From positions 1,718,252-1,782,251 of the forward strand of contig OY843751.1 of NCBI GenBank assembly GCA_963693055.1: a DNA stretch of 64,000 bases. Direction: 5' to 3'. The stretch comes from a bacterium. GTDB taxonomy: Bacteria > Zhuqueibacterota > Zhuqueibacteria > Residuimicrobiales > Krinioviventaceae. Shown in pieces: positions 18,858 to 28,308 of the stretch (its first letter is position 1; each line of letters opens with the position of its first letter). The notes beneath the pieces are model-generated. The model ran no database searches, was not told the DNA's origin, and saw nothing but the letters and a program-made list of their open reading frames with translations. The translations under genes were made by a program, and so were the position numbers.

Positions 18858-20066
18858 TTGAATAAATTAATCAAAACCACAGAGCACTATTTAGATACCT
18901 TGTGCAATATTATACCAAACCGGGCTGTTGGCAGTACTGGTAACAGAATGGCTACGGATTTTTTTCAACAGGAATTGAAAAAGTGGGATTGGAGCATGGA
19001 AACGCAGGAATTTGTAGCTATGGATTGGAAAACTGGAGGTGCAGAATTGTCTGTAAGCGGGCAGTCATTTCAAGTATTTTCTAGTCCCTATTCATTAGGA
19101 TGTGATGTCACTGCTCCCCTGGTTTGTGCTTCAAATGTTGATCAATTAGAGACCGTTAAAGCAAAAGGTAATATATTGTTGATGCATGGTGTACTTGCTA
19201 TGGAACAAATAATGCCGAAAAACTTTATTTTTTATAATCCTGATAATCATAAACGAATTGTATCATTATTAGAGAACAGTGGAGCAGCCGCTATCATAAC
19301 CGCCACAGGGCGCAATTCTGCTCTGGCTGGTGGCGCTTATCCTTTTCCATTAATTGAAGATGGTGATTTTAATATTCCATCCGTATATATGACGCATGAG
19401 GAAGGAGAACGACTGCTTTTCTTTACAGGCAATGAGGTGAACCTTGTTTTCAAAGCAGTCCGAATTCCTTCAAGTGGATCTAATGTGATTGGAAAAAGGG
19501 GCAAAGGACCCAAAAGAATTGTTGTTACCGCACATATAGATACGAAAAAGGGAACTCCCGGTGCTATAGATAATGCTACAGGAGTAATTGTTTTACTTTT
19601 ATTGTCTGAATTGCTCAAAGACTATCATGGAACAACACAAATAGAATTGACTGCGCTTAATGGTGAGGATTATTATGCTGTTCCCGGACAAATGGAATAT
19701 ATACGAAAAAATTCAGAAACTTTTAATGATATAATATTGAATGTCAATATTGATGGAGCGGGTTACAAGGGGAGTGATATCGCTTTTTCTTTTTTTGATG
19801 TTCCTGATAGATTTAAGCGTCCACTTTTAAATATAATGAGCAATTATTTAGATATTAAAGAAGGTGCTTTATGGCCTCAGGGAGATCACAGTATTTTTGT
19901 ACAATATGGATGCCCTGCTTTGGCAGTTACCTCGCTCTGGTTTATTGAAAATATGGAGACACAGGATGTAACCCATACATCAAAAGATAATCCTGCAATT
20001 GTTGATTGTAATAAAGTTGTTACTATTGCCAAAGCGATTACAGATTTTATTAATGAGATGGGTTAA
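18858..20066 (+). CDS. M28-family zinc peptidase
   Basis: VTAHIDTKKGTPGAIDNATG metal-binding motif; ORF track start is TTG. Confidence 0.75.
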   Translation: MNKLIKTTEHYLDTLCNIIPNRAVGSTGNRMATDFFQQELKKWDWSMETQEFVAMDWKTGGAELSVSGQSFQVFSSPYSLGCDVTAPLVCASNVDQLETVKAKGNILLMHGVLAMEQIMPKNFIFYNPDNHKRIVSLLENSGAAAIITATGRNSALAGGAYPFPLIEDGDFNIPSVYMTHEEGERLLFFTGNEVNLVFKAVRIPSSGSNVIGKRGKGPKRIVVTAHIDTKKGTPGAIDNATGVIVLLLLSELLKDYHGTTQIELTALNGEDYYAVPGQMEYIRKNSETFNDIILNVNIDGAGYKGSDIAFSFFDVPDRFKRPLLNIMSNYLDIKEGALWPQGDHSIFVQYGCPALAVTSLWFIENMETQDVTHTSKDNPAIVDCNKVVTIAKAITDFINEMG

Positions 20067-20073
20067 AACAAAA

Positions 20074-20106
20074 AAACCTCCAACAAGATTGACCTGCCGG
20101 AGGTTT
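20074..20106. terminator. Possible bidirectional terminator between convergent genes
   Basis: aaacctcc ... ggaggttt 8-bp arms with a 17-nt loop, A-run before and T-rich after; weak. Confidence 0.35.
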
Positions 20107-20130
20107 ATGTAGGAGAACAGGAGAGAAAAT

Positions 20131-20847
20131 CTAGTTTTTACCGCCTTTGCCTCTTGAAGGTGTTGAATCATCAGAGCGTCCAAAACCTACTGTGGTATTT
20201 GTTGCTCCACGTCCCAGACAATCTTCCGGGCGGACCCAATCAGAGTCCTGACCATTGGGGATACCGTCACTGTCATCATCCGGTGCATTGTCGTTGATTC
20301 CATCACCGTCTTCGTCAACAAATGCATGCATGCTGCGACCTTTGCCATTGCCAAAACCGCTTTTGCCGCCAGCTGCTACGTAATCAGCATCCTGACCATT
20401 TGGGATTCCATCACCATCAGCATCAGGTGCATTGTCATTATATCCGTCACCATCTTCGTCTACAAAACTATTTGCGCCTTGTTTCTGACCATTTCCTGCG
20501 GCACTACCCTGACCAGCTTGTGCTACATAATCTTCATCCATGCCATTGGGGATTCCATCGCCATCTGCATCCGGTGCATTGTCGTTATAGCCGTCACCAT
20601 CTTCGTCTACAAAGCCTTCACCGGAAATACCCTGACCATAGCCGGAACCTGTACGGACATAATCTTCATCCATACCATTGGGAATTCCATCGCCATCAGC
20701 GTCCGGGGCATTGTCATTGTAGCCATCACCATTGAGGTCCACAAATTTTACACCATGTTCAGCGGTTTGTGAAAATACAGAGGTACTTGCAAATGCTGTC
20801 ATTGCCAAAGCAAGAAGCAGAACGGATAATGTTTTTGATGTTTTCAT
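20131..20847 (-). CDS. Secreted protein built of four tandem thrombospondin type 3-like calcium-binding repeats
   Basis: Signal peptide, then four copies of FVDEDGDGYNDNAPDADGDGIPNG(M/Q)D(E/A)DYV separated by Gly-rich linkers. Confidence 0.7.
   Translation of the reverse strand: MKTSKTLSVLLLALAMTAFASTSVFSQTAEHGVKFVDLNGDGYNDNAPDADGDGIPNGMDEDYVRTGSGYGQGISGEGFVDEDGDGYNDNAPDADGDGIPNGMDEDYVAQAGQGSAAGNGQKQGANSFVDEDGDGYNDNAPDADGDGIPNGQDADYVAAGGKSGFGNGKGRSMHAFVDEDGDGINDNAPDDDSDGIPNGQDSDWVRPEDCLGRGATNTTVGFGRSDDSTPSRGKGGKN
20255..20770. repeat. Four tandem DNA repeats of about 130-150 bp encoding the calcium-binding repeat units
   Basis: Near-identical blocks (ggattccatcrccatcwgcatcmggtgcattgtcrttrtakccgtcaccatcttcgtctacaaa) recur at roughly 20260, 20400, 20550 and 20680. 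Confidence 0.7.
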
Positions 20848-21151
20848 GATGTAACTCCTTTTGTTATGTTAGTTGTTTGTCTGTTTCTGCTTCTGTTTAG
20901 GCAACTGGCGTGCCAGAAAAATTTTCCCTATTCAAGTTGCTGTAATTTAAGGGCTTGTCTGTGTAATGTTATTTTGCTAAAGTTGCATAATTTCGACGTT
21001 TTGGTCGAAATTGTCGCCGGTATTGTCAATTTTAAAAATGATTTTTTAAATAATTATTTGATTGTTTTGAATCTTTTTGCTACATTATGCGTAGCAAGCT
21101 ACAGATATAATAGTGATATTTCTTGCTTGTAAAGTAAAAGGAGAATTGTGA

Positions 21152-21952
21152 ATGAAGTATGAAAATGCAAAATTTGTTTATTTTTCACCAACCGGAACAA
21201 CCAGGTCAATTGTTCACTCGATAGCAAATGGAATGAAAATCCGTAATATAAAATTGATTGATATTTCCCAACCAGAAGCTCGATCTCAATCCATGAACAT
21301 ATTGGAAAATGAATTGTTACTTTTTGCAGTACCTGTTTATATGGGGCGAACACCCGCACTGTTGTACGATTTTATCAACTCAATCCATGCTAATAATACA
21401 CCTGCCGTTTGTGTTGTTGTATACGGAAATCGTGCTTTTGATGATGCATTGCTAGAGTTAAAAGATGCATTGGAGGTACGAGGTTGTATTCCATTTGCAG
21501 GTGCGGCATTTATTGGTGAACACTCTTTTTCCAGCAATGAATTACCAACAGCCCATGGGCGTCCTGATGAAAAAGATTTGAAATATGCTGAGGATTTTGG
21601 ACGTAAAATACAGCAAAAATTATTCTCACTTGATTCTATTGCTTACCTGGATTCTATTACCTTTCCTGGAAACAATCCATATGGTGGAGTTACAAAGATA
21701 TGGGATGTCGATTTTATCAAAGTTGGTAACGAATGTAATCAATGTGGTATCTGTGCGGACATGTGTCCTGTTGGTGCTATTGATTTGGAAAAAAGTGATT
21801 CGATTGATATAATAAAGTGCATTTCATGTTGTGCCTGCATTAAATATTGTCCACAAAAAGCCAGGTCAATTAAGGCAAGCCTTGTTAATGATGCTGCTCT
21901 GCGGTTACATACATTATATAGTGAACGTAAAGAACCCGAATTTTTTATATGA
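21152..21952 (+). CDS. Flavodoxin-like domain fused to a 4Fe-4S dicluster ferredoxin domain
   Basis: N-terminal flavodoxin-like fold (KFVYFSPTGTT); C-terminal CNQCGICADMCP and CISCCACIKYCP cluster motifs. Confidence 0.7.
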   Translation: MKYENAKFVYFSPTGTTRSIVHSIANGMKIRNIKLIDISQPEARSQSMNILENELLLFAVPVYMGRTPALLYDFINSIHANNTPAVCVVVYGNRAFDDALLELKDALEVRGCIPFAGAAFIGEHSFSSNELPTAHGRPDEKDLKYAEDFGRKIQQKLFSLDSIAYLDSITFPGNNPYGGVTKIWDVDFIKVGNECNQCGICADMCPVGAIDLEKSDSIDIIKCISCCACIKYCPQKARSIKASLVNDAALRLHTLYSERKEPEFFI

Positions 21953-21955
21953 AAA

Positions 21956-22330
21956 ATGGCTCAGGAGCTAATTAAAAAAAGTGAGGAGATGATGTCAATA
22001 CCAACTCCGGGACAACCGGTTAGAGGATCAAAAACCGGTATCCCTATAATGGCACTTTTTGATTTACTTGGCCGGCCCTGGGCCTTGGGAGTCATCTGGC
22101 AGTTGCAAAATGGTCCCTTTACATTCAGGGAACTCCAGGAAAGATGTGAATCCATTTCTCCTACAATATTAAACAGCAGGATCAAAGATTTACGTAATGC
22201 TGATATTGTAGAACGAACACTGGAAGGATATCAACTAACGGAACGTGGTAAAGAGCTGATTGCTATTATTCGTCCTTTTGGAAAGTGGTCATGGAAATGG
22301 GCAAGAGAAGTTTTTGATTATTCTGAATAA
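21956..22330 (+). CDS. HxlR-family winged-helix transcriptional regulator
   Basis: LLGRPWALGVIWQL...GPFTFRELQE...SPTILNSRIKDL signature; 4 bp after the upstream gene. Confidence 0.8.
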   Translation: MAQELIKKSEEMMSIPTPGQPVRGSKTGIPIMALFDLLGRPWALGVIWQLQNGPFTFRELQERCESISPTILNSRIKDLRNADIVERTLEGYQLTERGKELIAIIRPFGKWSWKWAREVFDYSE

Positions 22331-22339
22331 CATAAAAAT

Positions 22340-22774
22340 TTGGAGAACACAATGGATATTAAAAGTTGTATTGATTTTACAAACGAAAATAAAGTTTGTT
22401 ATTTGGCAACCACTGAAAATGGTGATCCACGGGTAAGGGCTTTGGGATTTTGGTTTGCGGATGAAACCGGTTTTTATTTTCAGACCGGTGCTATGAAATC
22501 ATTGTACAAACAATTATTGAGCAATCCGCAGGTAGAAGCATGTTTTTACAAGGCTGTAAGCATGACCGGAAAAATGTTAAGAATTGCAGGGGAAATTGAG
22601 TTTATGGAAGATCTGGAATTGAAGGAAAGAGTCATGCAAGAGAGACCCTTTTTAAAGAATTTTGGTCTCACTGCGCATGATCCTAATCTGATTGTTTTTC
22701 GGTTGGAACATGGCCATGCACATTTCTGGACAATGGAAGATAATTTAAAGCCCAAACAAATGATTGAATTTTAG
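22340..22774 (+). CDS. Pyridoxamine 5'-phosphate oxidase-like FMN-binding split-barrel protein
   Basis: 144 aa; general PNPOx-like pattern; operonic with the HxlR gene. Confidence 0.65.
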   Translation: MENTMDIKSCIDFTNENKVCYLATTENGDPRVRALGFWFADETGFYFQTGAMKSLYKQLLSNPQVEACFYKAVSMTGKMLRIAGEIEFMEDLELKERVMQERPFLKNFGLTAHDPNLIVFRLEHGHAHFWTMEDNLKPKQMIEF

Positions 22775-22805
22775 GGTTTGACTTTTATAATAAAATTGAA
22801 AATAG

Positions 22806-23654
22806 TTGGTTAAAATTATGATACAGGATATTTCACCACACAATCTGGATACCCTTTTTTTAGCTAATCGTAAAATTGAAAATGATGATATTATTTTCAG
22901 TTTTAAAGAAAATGCATTGTTGTTTAGGAAACGTGATGGCAGATTAGAGCTGCCCCGAAAAAAAGAGTTAAACGGTGTTTCAGATGAAACCGATAAAACA
23001 TTCCTGTTTACACTTGATAGTGTTCCCTGCTATCTTATATGGGATGAAATTCAAACAGAAAATACAGGATTTGATTATCTAAATTTGAATTTTTTCAGAG
23101 ATACAACACAGCAAGAGATAGCATGGGCCAGCCTTGTGGCTTTTCATCTAAAGAACTGGTATTTAAAAAACACGTATTGCGGTGAATGTGGAACAAAGAC
23201 AGTGCAAAAATCTGATGAAAGAGCAATCATTTGTCCAAATTGCAATAATACCGTATTTCCCAGGATTGCTCCGGCAGTTATTGCTGCCATTGTTTGTGGT
23301 GACAAAATATTGCTCGCACGGGGTGTCAATTTCCCTGGCAGGTGGTATTCGTTACTTGCAGGATATGTGGATATTGGAGAATCATTAGAAGAAGCATTGA
23401 TCCGTGAAGTCAAAGAAGAAGTGGGGATTAATATTTGGAATATCCGTTATTACAAAAGCCAACCCTGGCCTTTGTCTGGATCTTTGATGATAGGTTTTAT
23501 AGCAGAAGCGGATGCAACCCAACCGCTTGAGATTGACGCCAAAGAAATAGCCGATGCTGAATGGTACACCAGAGGAGAACTCCCTGAGCATGCTTTAAAA
23601 TTGAGTATTGCCGGTGAAATGATTGAAAAGTTTGAAAGAGGTGAGTTAGGATAG
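22806..23654 (+). CDS. nudC: NAD+ diphosphatase (NADH pyrophosphatase), Nudix family with zinc ribbon
   Basis: CGECGTKT...CPNC zinc ribbon followed by Nudix box GYVDIGESLEEALIREVKEEVGI. Confidence 0.85.
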   Translation: MVKIMIQDISPHNLDTLFLANRKIENDDIIFSFKENALLFRKRDGRLELPRKKELNGVSDETDKTFLFTLDSVPCYLIWDEIQTENTGFDYLNLNFFRDTTQQEIAWASLVAFHLKNWYLKNTYCGECGTKTVQKSDERAIICPNCNNTVFPRIAPAVIAAIVCGDKILLARGVNFPGRWYSLLAGYVDIGESLEEALIREVKEEVGINIWNIRYYKSQPWPLSGSLMIGFIAEADATQPLEIDAKEIADAEWYTRGELPEHALKLSIAGEMIEKFERGELG

Positions 23655-23686
23655 GTATTATATGTTTGCATAGTTATTTATGTTTT

Positions 23687-23726
23687 AAAAATCCCCGGTT
23701 GTAAATCTAACCGGGGATTTTTTTTA
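23687..23726. terminator. Bidirectional rho-independent terminator
   Basis: aaaatccccggtt-gtaaatct-aaccggggatttttttt between convergent nudC and GH28 genes. Confidence 0.8.
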
Positions 23727-23772
23727 GCATAACATATCTTACAAGATGAGGATATGGATAGAATTTTTGTAA

Positions 23773-25410
23773 TTATAGATTTTTTTGATCTGCCTGATCA
23801 ATTGTTGTATTTTCAATATTGCCCGAGTTGAAAATGGTTATGTTTTTTATATCTTTCATTTTAAATGTAGGAATTCCCTTTGCATTCTGTGCCTGGATGA
23901 AATTAAATTCAGAATTTTTAACATCGTCAAGTATGAATGCGGGGCGCATGTCTTCATTTTCGTATGAGACGTTTACATTATGCAGTTCAATGCCATCAAC
24001 ATGGCGCATATAAAATCCATAGGCCGGGATATCACCATACATGCGGGGATCCGGGTAACCATCTTCCATTTCAGGAACCTCAATGTTGCCTTGTTCTTTG
24101 GGAGCGCCGCCCTTGACATAAATCTGGATGTTGCTCATTTTTACGTCTGTAACATCATGGCCGGGAATGCCCATAATGAGCACGCCGTAACGGGGTTCAA
24201 CATTATGCACAATCACATTGCTGATATTGATACGTCTCATTGTTCCGATGGGAGTGTTCTCCGGAGCACGCATGCGTCTACCAACTCGCAGAAAAAAGGG
24301 AGCGTTGGTGATATTACGCATGGTGATATTGGAGATAGTTACATCTTCTAAAATACCACCATCAACGGTTTCAAGTGCCAGGCCGCGGCAGCGATCAAAT
24401 ACACAGTTGGATATGGAAATGTTTCTAAAGCCGCCATTTGATTCCGTACCCATTTTAATTCTTCCGGTCATTCCACCTTTGTCAGGTGCAAGTTCCTGAG
24501 TGGTTTGGAATGTACCATCCAGAAACGTACCGGGATCATAACCCATAACCTGGCAATTGGTAATGCTAAGGTTTTCTGTTGAACGAAACATGCCTAATGC
24601 AAATGTACTTTTCAATACAATTGCGTCATCATTTGGTGTATTGACGGTGCAATTGGAAATACGAACATTATGACAGCAGTCGATATTCAGACCATCGCGA
24701 TTTGTGTCAATTTTAACATTATCGATAGTCATATTGTCAATACCGGTTGCAAGAACGCAAAAGTGCCCACACAGTAGAAAGGATACATCTTTGATGATTA
24801 CATTTCTGCATTGTTTAAGAGCAATAGCCTTGTTTCCATAATCATTGTAACGACTGAGATCAACAGGCTGGTCTTCACGAGGACGTTCAGGTCTGGGTCG
24901 TTCTTCGCCCGGTTTTTGTTCTCTTTGCTGCTGTTCGCGTGGACTAAAAGGACGACCACCCCAACGTGAGAGCCCTTTGCTGCCATCAATAAGGCCGGGA
25001 CCTGTTATGGAAACATTGACCAGATTTTCTCCCCACATCAGACTGTTGCGCCAGTGACTGTGACCAAAATCCTGATATTTATGCACATCACCCCATTTAT
25101 TGGTCTCAGGATGATCATAGCCGGGTTGACCTTCGACAGTTTCTGCTGCCAAAAGAACAGATCCCTGGTCCAGATAAATGGTAATGTTGCTTTTTAAATG
25201 TATGGAATAGCTTTTATATGTGCCAGCCGGGAAAAAGACTGTACCGCCACCGGCTTTTGATGCCGATTCGATAGCCTTATTGATTGCAGGCGTATCCAGG
25301 GTTTGGCCGTCACCAACGGCCCCATAATCTTTGATATTATAAAATGCGGTACCCGCGTGCAGTGTAGTACAGAACAGGATAATCAGAAATGTAGATATAT
25401 ACTTTTTCAT
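23773..25410 (-). CDS. Glycoside hydrolase family 28 (polygalacturonase / rhamnogalacturonase-like), secreted
   Basis: Signal peptide; YGAVGDG N-terminal motif; right-handed beta-helix repeats (NxDG, CHN) typical of GH28. Confidence 0.8.
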   Translation of the reverse strand: MKKYISTFLIILFCTTLHAGTAFYNIKDYGAVGDGQTLDTPAINKAIESASKAGGGTVFFPAGTYKSYSIHLKSNITIYLDQGSVLLAAETVEGQPGYDHPETNKWGDVHKYQDFGHSHWRNSLMWGENLVNVSITGPGLIDGSKGLSRWGGRPFSPREQQQREQKPGEERPRPERPREDQPVDLSRYNDYGNKAIALKQCRNVIIKDVSFLLCGHFCVLATGIDNMTIDNVKIDTNRDGLNIDCCHNVRISNCTVNTPNDDAIVLKSTFALGMFRSTENLSITNCQVMGYDPGTFLDGTFQTTQELAPDKGGMTGRIKMGTESNGGFRNISISNCVFDRCRGLALETVDGGILEDVTISNITMRNITNAPFFLRVGRRMRAPENTPIGTMRRINISNVIVHNVEPRYGVLIMGIPGHDVTDVKMSNIQIYVKGGAPKEQGNIEVPEMEDGYPDPRMYGDIPAYGFYMRHVDGIELHNVNVSYENEDMRPAFILDDVKNSEFNFIQAQNAKGIPTFKMKDIKNITIFNSGNIENTTIDQADQKNL

Positions 25411-25435
25411 TTTATTACCTTTCCAAAATAAATCT

Positions 25436-26557
25436 TTATTTTACAAATACATCCCAAACCTTGGACATTCGAGATTCACCGGTGGGACCTTGAACATTTA
25501 AAACAACAACATATTGTCCCGGTTTTTCATATGTATGACTGGGATTTTGTTCATTCGATTCGGTCCCATCACCAAAATCCCAATGCCATGATGTGATTTT
25601 ACCAATGGATTCATCTTTGAACAACACCAGTCGTTTGTTCATATCATAAACCAAATGTGACCAATCTGCCTGGAGTTCTTTGGTATATTGCTTTTCCAAA
25701 GGCATCAGTTTGAATGCCGCAAGTTGTGATGCATGTCCGTACATGGTGTGCTGACGTGAAAGGTTCCAGAACCCATTATTACGATGATTGTTTACGTCAT
25801 CATAGTCAATAATGGCAAAGCAGAGACCGATGATTTTATCTTCCCACAATTCAGATTCTATTGCCCGTTGTGGGCCTTCCGGGCCGGCATAATCGAATGG
25901 TGTAATCCAGAATTCCAGCACCAGTTTACCGGACTCGCCGGGTTTGAAATCATATTTGACACATGCATTTGACCAGGGGAGATCCTTGATCCAGGGTTGT
26001 ACACCCCAGGCCAGGGTCCAGTCTTTACCTTCAGCAGGTGTAAAAATGTGATAATTTTGTGCATGTACACCATGCACCGCCCAATTTGATTCGCCTTCAC
26101 TGATACGATCGTCCTTAATTGCGGCTGCTCCTACCTTTTCGGTTATATACATTTCACGATGTTCTTTGTCGATGAGGGGGCCGCCGGAAGCATCTGCATC
26201 TATAACAATCTCGAACGTGTCATTATGCAGGCCCGGTTGCGCAAAATCCCAGTAATCGTCATAGGCTTCATAGAGAAAATAGAGTTTGTTCATGCCTTTG
26301 ACCCAGCCAACTTTGACTTTAATGTCGAGAGTTGAGGGATCAGGGTTTGGGTATTTTCCGTTATCATCCACAAGCTGTTGCGTGTCAATGATATAAGATG
26401 CGGGTACCATATCCCAATCCGAGATATCACCATCAATACGTGGAATCATATTGGGCGGGAATTGAAAAACCTGAAATGTGGTATCTTGTCTTTCTAATCC
26501 CAATACCAGATTGAAGGAAATGAGAGCCAGAATAGATAAAATTTTAATAAATTTCAT
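25436..26557 (-). CDS. Secreted protein with CBM9-like domain and C-terminal PKD domain
   Basis: IPRIDGDISDWDMVP CBM9-like start; C-terminal WDFGDGTESNEQNPSHTYEKPGQYVVVLNV PKD motif. Confidence 0.6.
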   Translation of the reverse strand: MKFIKILSILALISFNLVLGLERQDTTFQVFQFPPNMIPRIDGDISDWDMVPASYIIDTQQLVDDNGKYPNPDPSTLDIKVKVGWVKGMNKLYFLYEAYDDYWDFAQPGLHNDTFEIVIDADASGGPLIDKEHREMYITEKVGAAAIKDDRISEGESNWAVHGVHAQNYHIFTPAEGKDWTLAWGVQPWIKDLPWSNACVKYDFKPGESGKLVLEFWITPFDYAGPEGPQRAIESELWEDKIIGLCFAIIDYDDVNNHRNNGFWNLSRQHTMYGHASQLAAFKLMPLEKQYTKELQADWSHLVYDMNKRLVLFKDESIGKITSWHWDFGDGTESNEQNPSHTYEKPGQYVVVLNVQGPTGESRMSKVWDVFVK

Positions 26558-26577
26558 TTCTTTTCCCAGATTTATTA

Positions 26578-28245
26578 TTATTCAAATCGATACAATTTGA
26601 CTTTTTGGATTGATGGAACAGCCTGAAATTTTAGACCCGTACCGGTTCTGTTTTCAGCGGCTCTTGCACCAAGATCATAATCAACCATAATGGCATCACC
26701 ATTTAAACGGCGTCCGGCAATCCATTTTCCGTTTTCAAAAACACCTTCTTCAACGCAATCAAGGCCTGCAACTGCCGGTCCTTGAGATGCGGGTAAAAAT
26801 GTGATATGTACATTTGATCCTGCAGCAAAAAACTCGTCTTTACCGGAAGCTATGATCAATCCATATCCGCTTTCAACAGCTTCGCCTGAACGCCAGTTGC
26901 TTGCCAGGGCTATTGTAACCATGTATCCGCCGAGAGTAATGGATTGTTTGGGATTGGCACTGTTGAGGATTACACTGGAGATATTTCCACTGCTTTGGGC
27001 CCTAAGAATGCTGGGTTGTAATTGTGTCAGTACCTTGTATGCTTGCGCAAATGGATTATCGGATGTATTGTTCATTCTACCATCAATGCCAAAAGGAGAG
27101 TAACCTATTGCACTACATGCTCCCACGGCATAAAAAGCGTTAGCGGCACCCGCATAACCGGAAAATGATTCAGGTATAAACAATGGTGTGCCTGAGCGCA
27201 TATATTGCGCGCAAATATCTGTAAACTCGGGTAGATAAATGTCAGGGGCAAGAATGTCTATATGTTCTGCGGCTGCTTTCCAAACATCGTGAACATGGGC
27301 CTGTGGTCCACCACTTGGATAATCGCCGGGGCGCTTGTCTTGGGGTTGAACGATCCATGCGTTTACAAACATGGGGAGTGGATATTCTTTTTTACCCATT
27401 TCCGCAAGTTTATCTATGAATGAGGCATAATTCCAGGCCATGAACAGTTCTTCTACAGCGGGACCGCCACCAAAAACATCACTCCAGCTTCCTTTGGTTT
27501 TATAACCGGTTGTTGACCAGGTCTTGATTAATTCGGGAGCCAGGTTGTTTTTATTTTTTGATAAATAATTCATCAATTTAGTGGGTACAGGTGCGGTAAA
27601 ACTTTTTTCAGCTTCCGGAGAATAATCACGTGTTTCTCCAATAATGCCAACTTCATTTTGTACCTGTACCATAATAACAGTATTTTCCTGAGAATCAATT
27701 TCTTTGATATGTTTCATGAATGCAGTAAAAGCTTTGAGGTCTGCCTGTAAGGTATTTTCACTCACGGGAGTCAGGATCTCTAACGCTTTACCACTCGCTG
27801 TTTTTACATGCGGAAAACGTTTGTAATCTGCTTTTACCCAATCCGGGATATAATGTGATTGTCCATTTTTCCAGCTTCCAAACCAGAGCAGTACAAGCTT
27901 TAAATCATTTTCTCTTGCCTGTTTGATCATACCATCCATTAATGTATAATCGTATTGACCTTCAACCGGCTCAAACTGGTCCCATGATACAACTGCGAGT
28001 ACCGTGTTCAGGTTCATGGCTTTTAATTGCGGGAAAATAGGTGCATGGTAGTCTAGGTTTGAAGCAGATGAGTTATGTAATTCGCCCCCCAATACAAGCC
28101 AGGGTTGATCATTTACGATCAATTGAACGGCTTGCCCTCTTTTTTCAAGGCGGGGTATAGTTTGAGCATTTGCAAAGATACCTGCTAAAACGAGAAACAA
28201 GAATATGGTTTGAAACTTGAATTTTATAAAATTGTACTTTTTCAT
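26578..28245 (-). CDS. Secreted glycoside hydrolase, GH-A clan TIM barrel (beta-galactosidase-like)
   Basis: 555 aa; signal peptide; SWDQFEPVEGQYDY and NEVG motifs typical of GH35/GH42-like enzymes; exact family not resolved. Confidence 0.6.
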   Translation of the reverse strand: MKKYNFIKFKFQTIFLFLVLAGIFANAQTIPRLEKRGQAVQLIVNDQPWLVLGGELHNSSASNLDYHAPIFPQLKAMNLNTVLAVVSWDQFEPVEGQYDYTLMDGMIKQARENDLKLVLLWFGSWKNGQSHYIPDWVKADYKRFPHVKTASGKALEILTPVSENTLQADLKAFTAFMKHIKEIDSQENTVIMVQVQNEVGIIGETRDYSPEAEKSFTAPVPTKLMNYLSKNKNNLAPELIKTWSTTGYKTKGSWSDVFGGGPAVEELFMAWNYASFIDKLAEMGKKEYPLPMFVNAWIVQPQDKRPGDYPSGGPQAHVHDVWKAAAEHIDILAPDIYLPEFTDICAQYMRSGTPLFIPESFSGYAGAANAFYAVGACSAIGYSPFGIDGRMNNTSDNPFAQAYKVLTQLQPSILRAQSSGNISSVILNSANPKQSITLGGYMVTIALASNWRSGEAVESGYGLIIASGKDEFFAAGSNVHITFLPASQGPAVAGLDCVEEGVFENGKWIAGRRLNGDAIMVDYDLGARAAENRTGTGLKFQAVPSIQKVKLYRFE

Positions 28246-28308
28246 TTCTCAGGTCCTCCAAAAGTAAAATTTAACGGGGTGGAGAAATCCACCCCAAAGA
28301 TTTAATCA

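Noticed and set aside
20322-20772. Two His- or Ile-rich plus-strand ORFs (137 and 148 aa)
   Set aside because: They are antisense to the TSP3-repeat gene; the periodic composition is a by-product of the DNA tandem repeats, not an independent gene.
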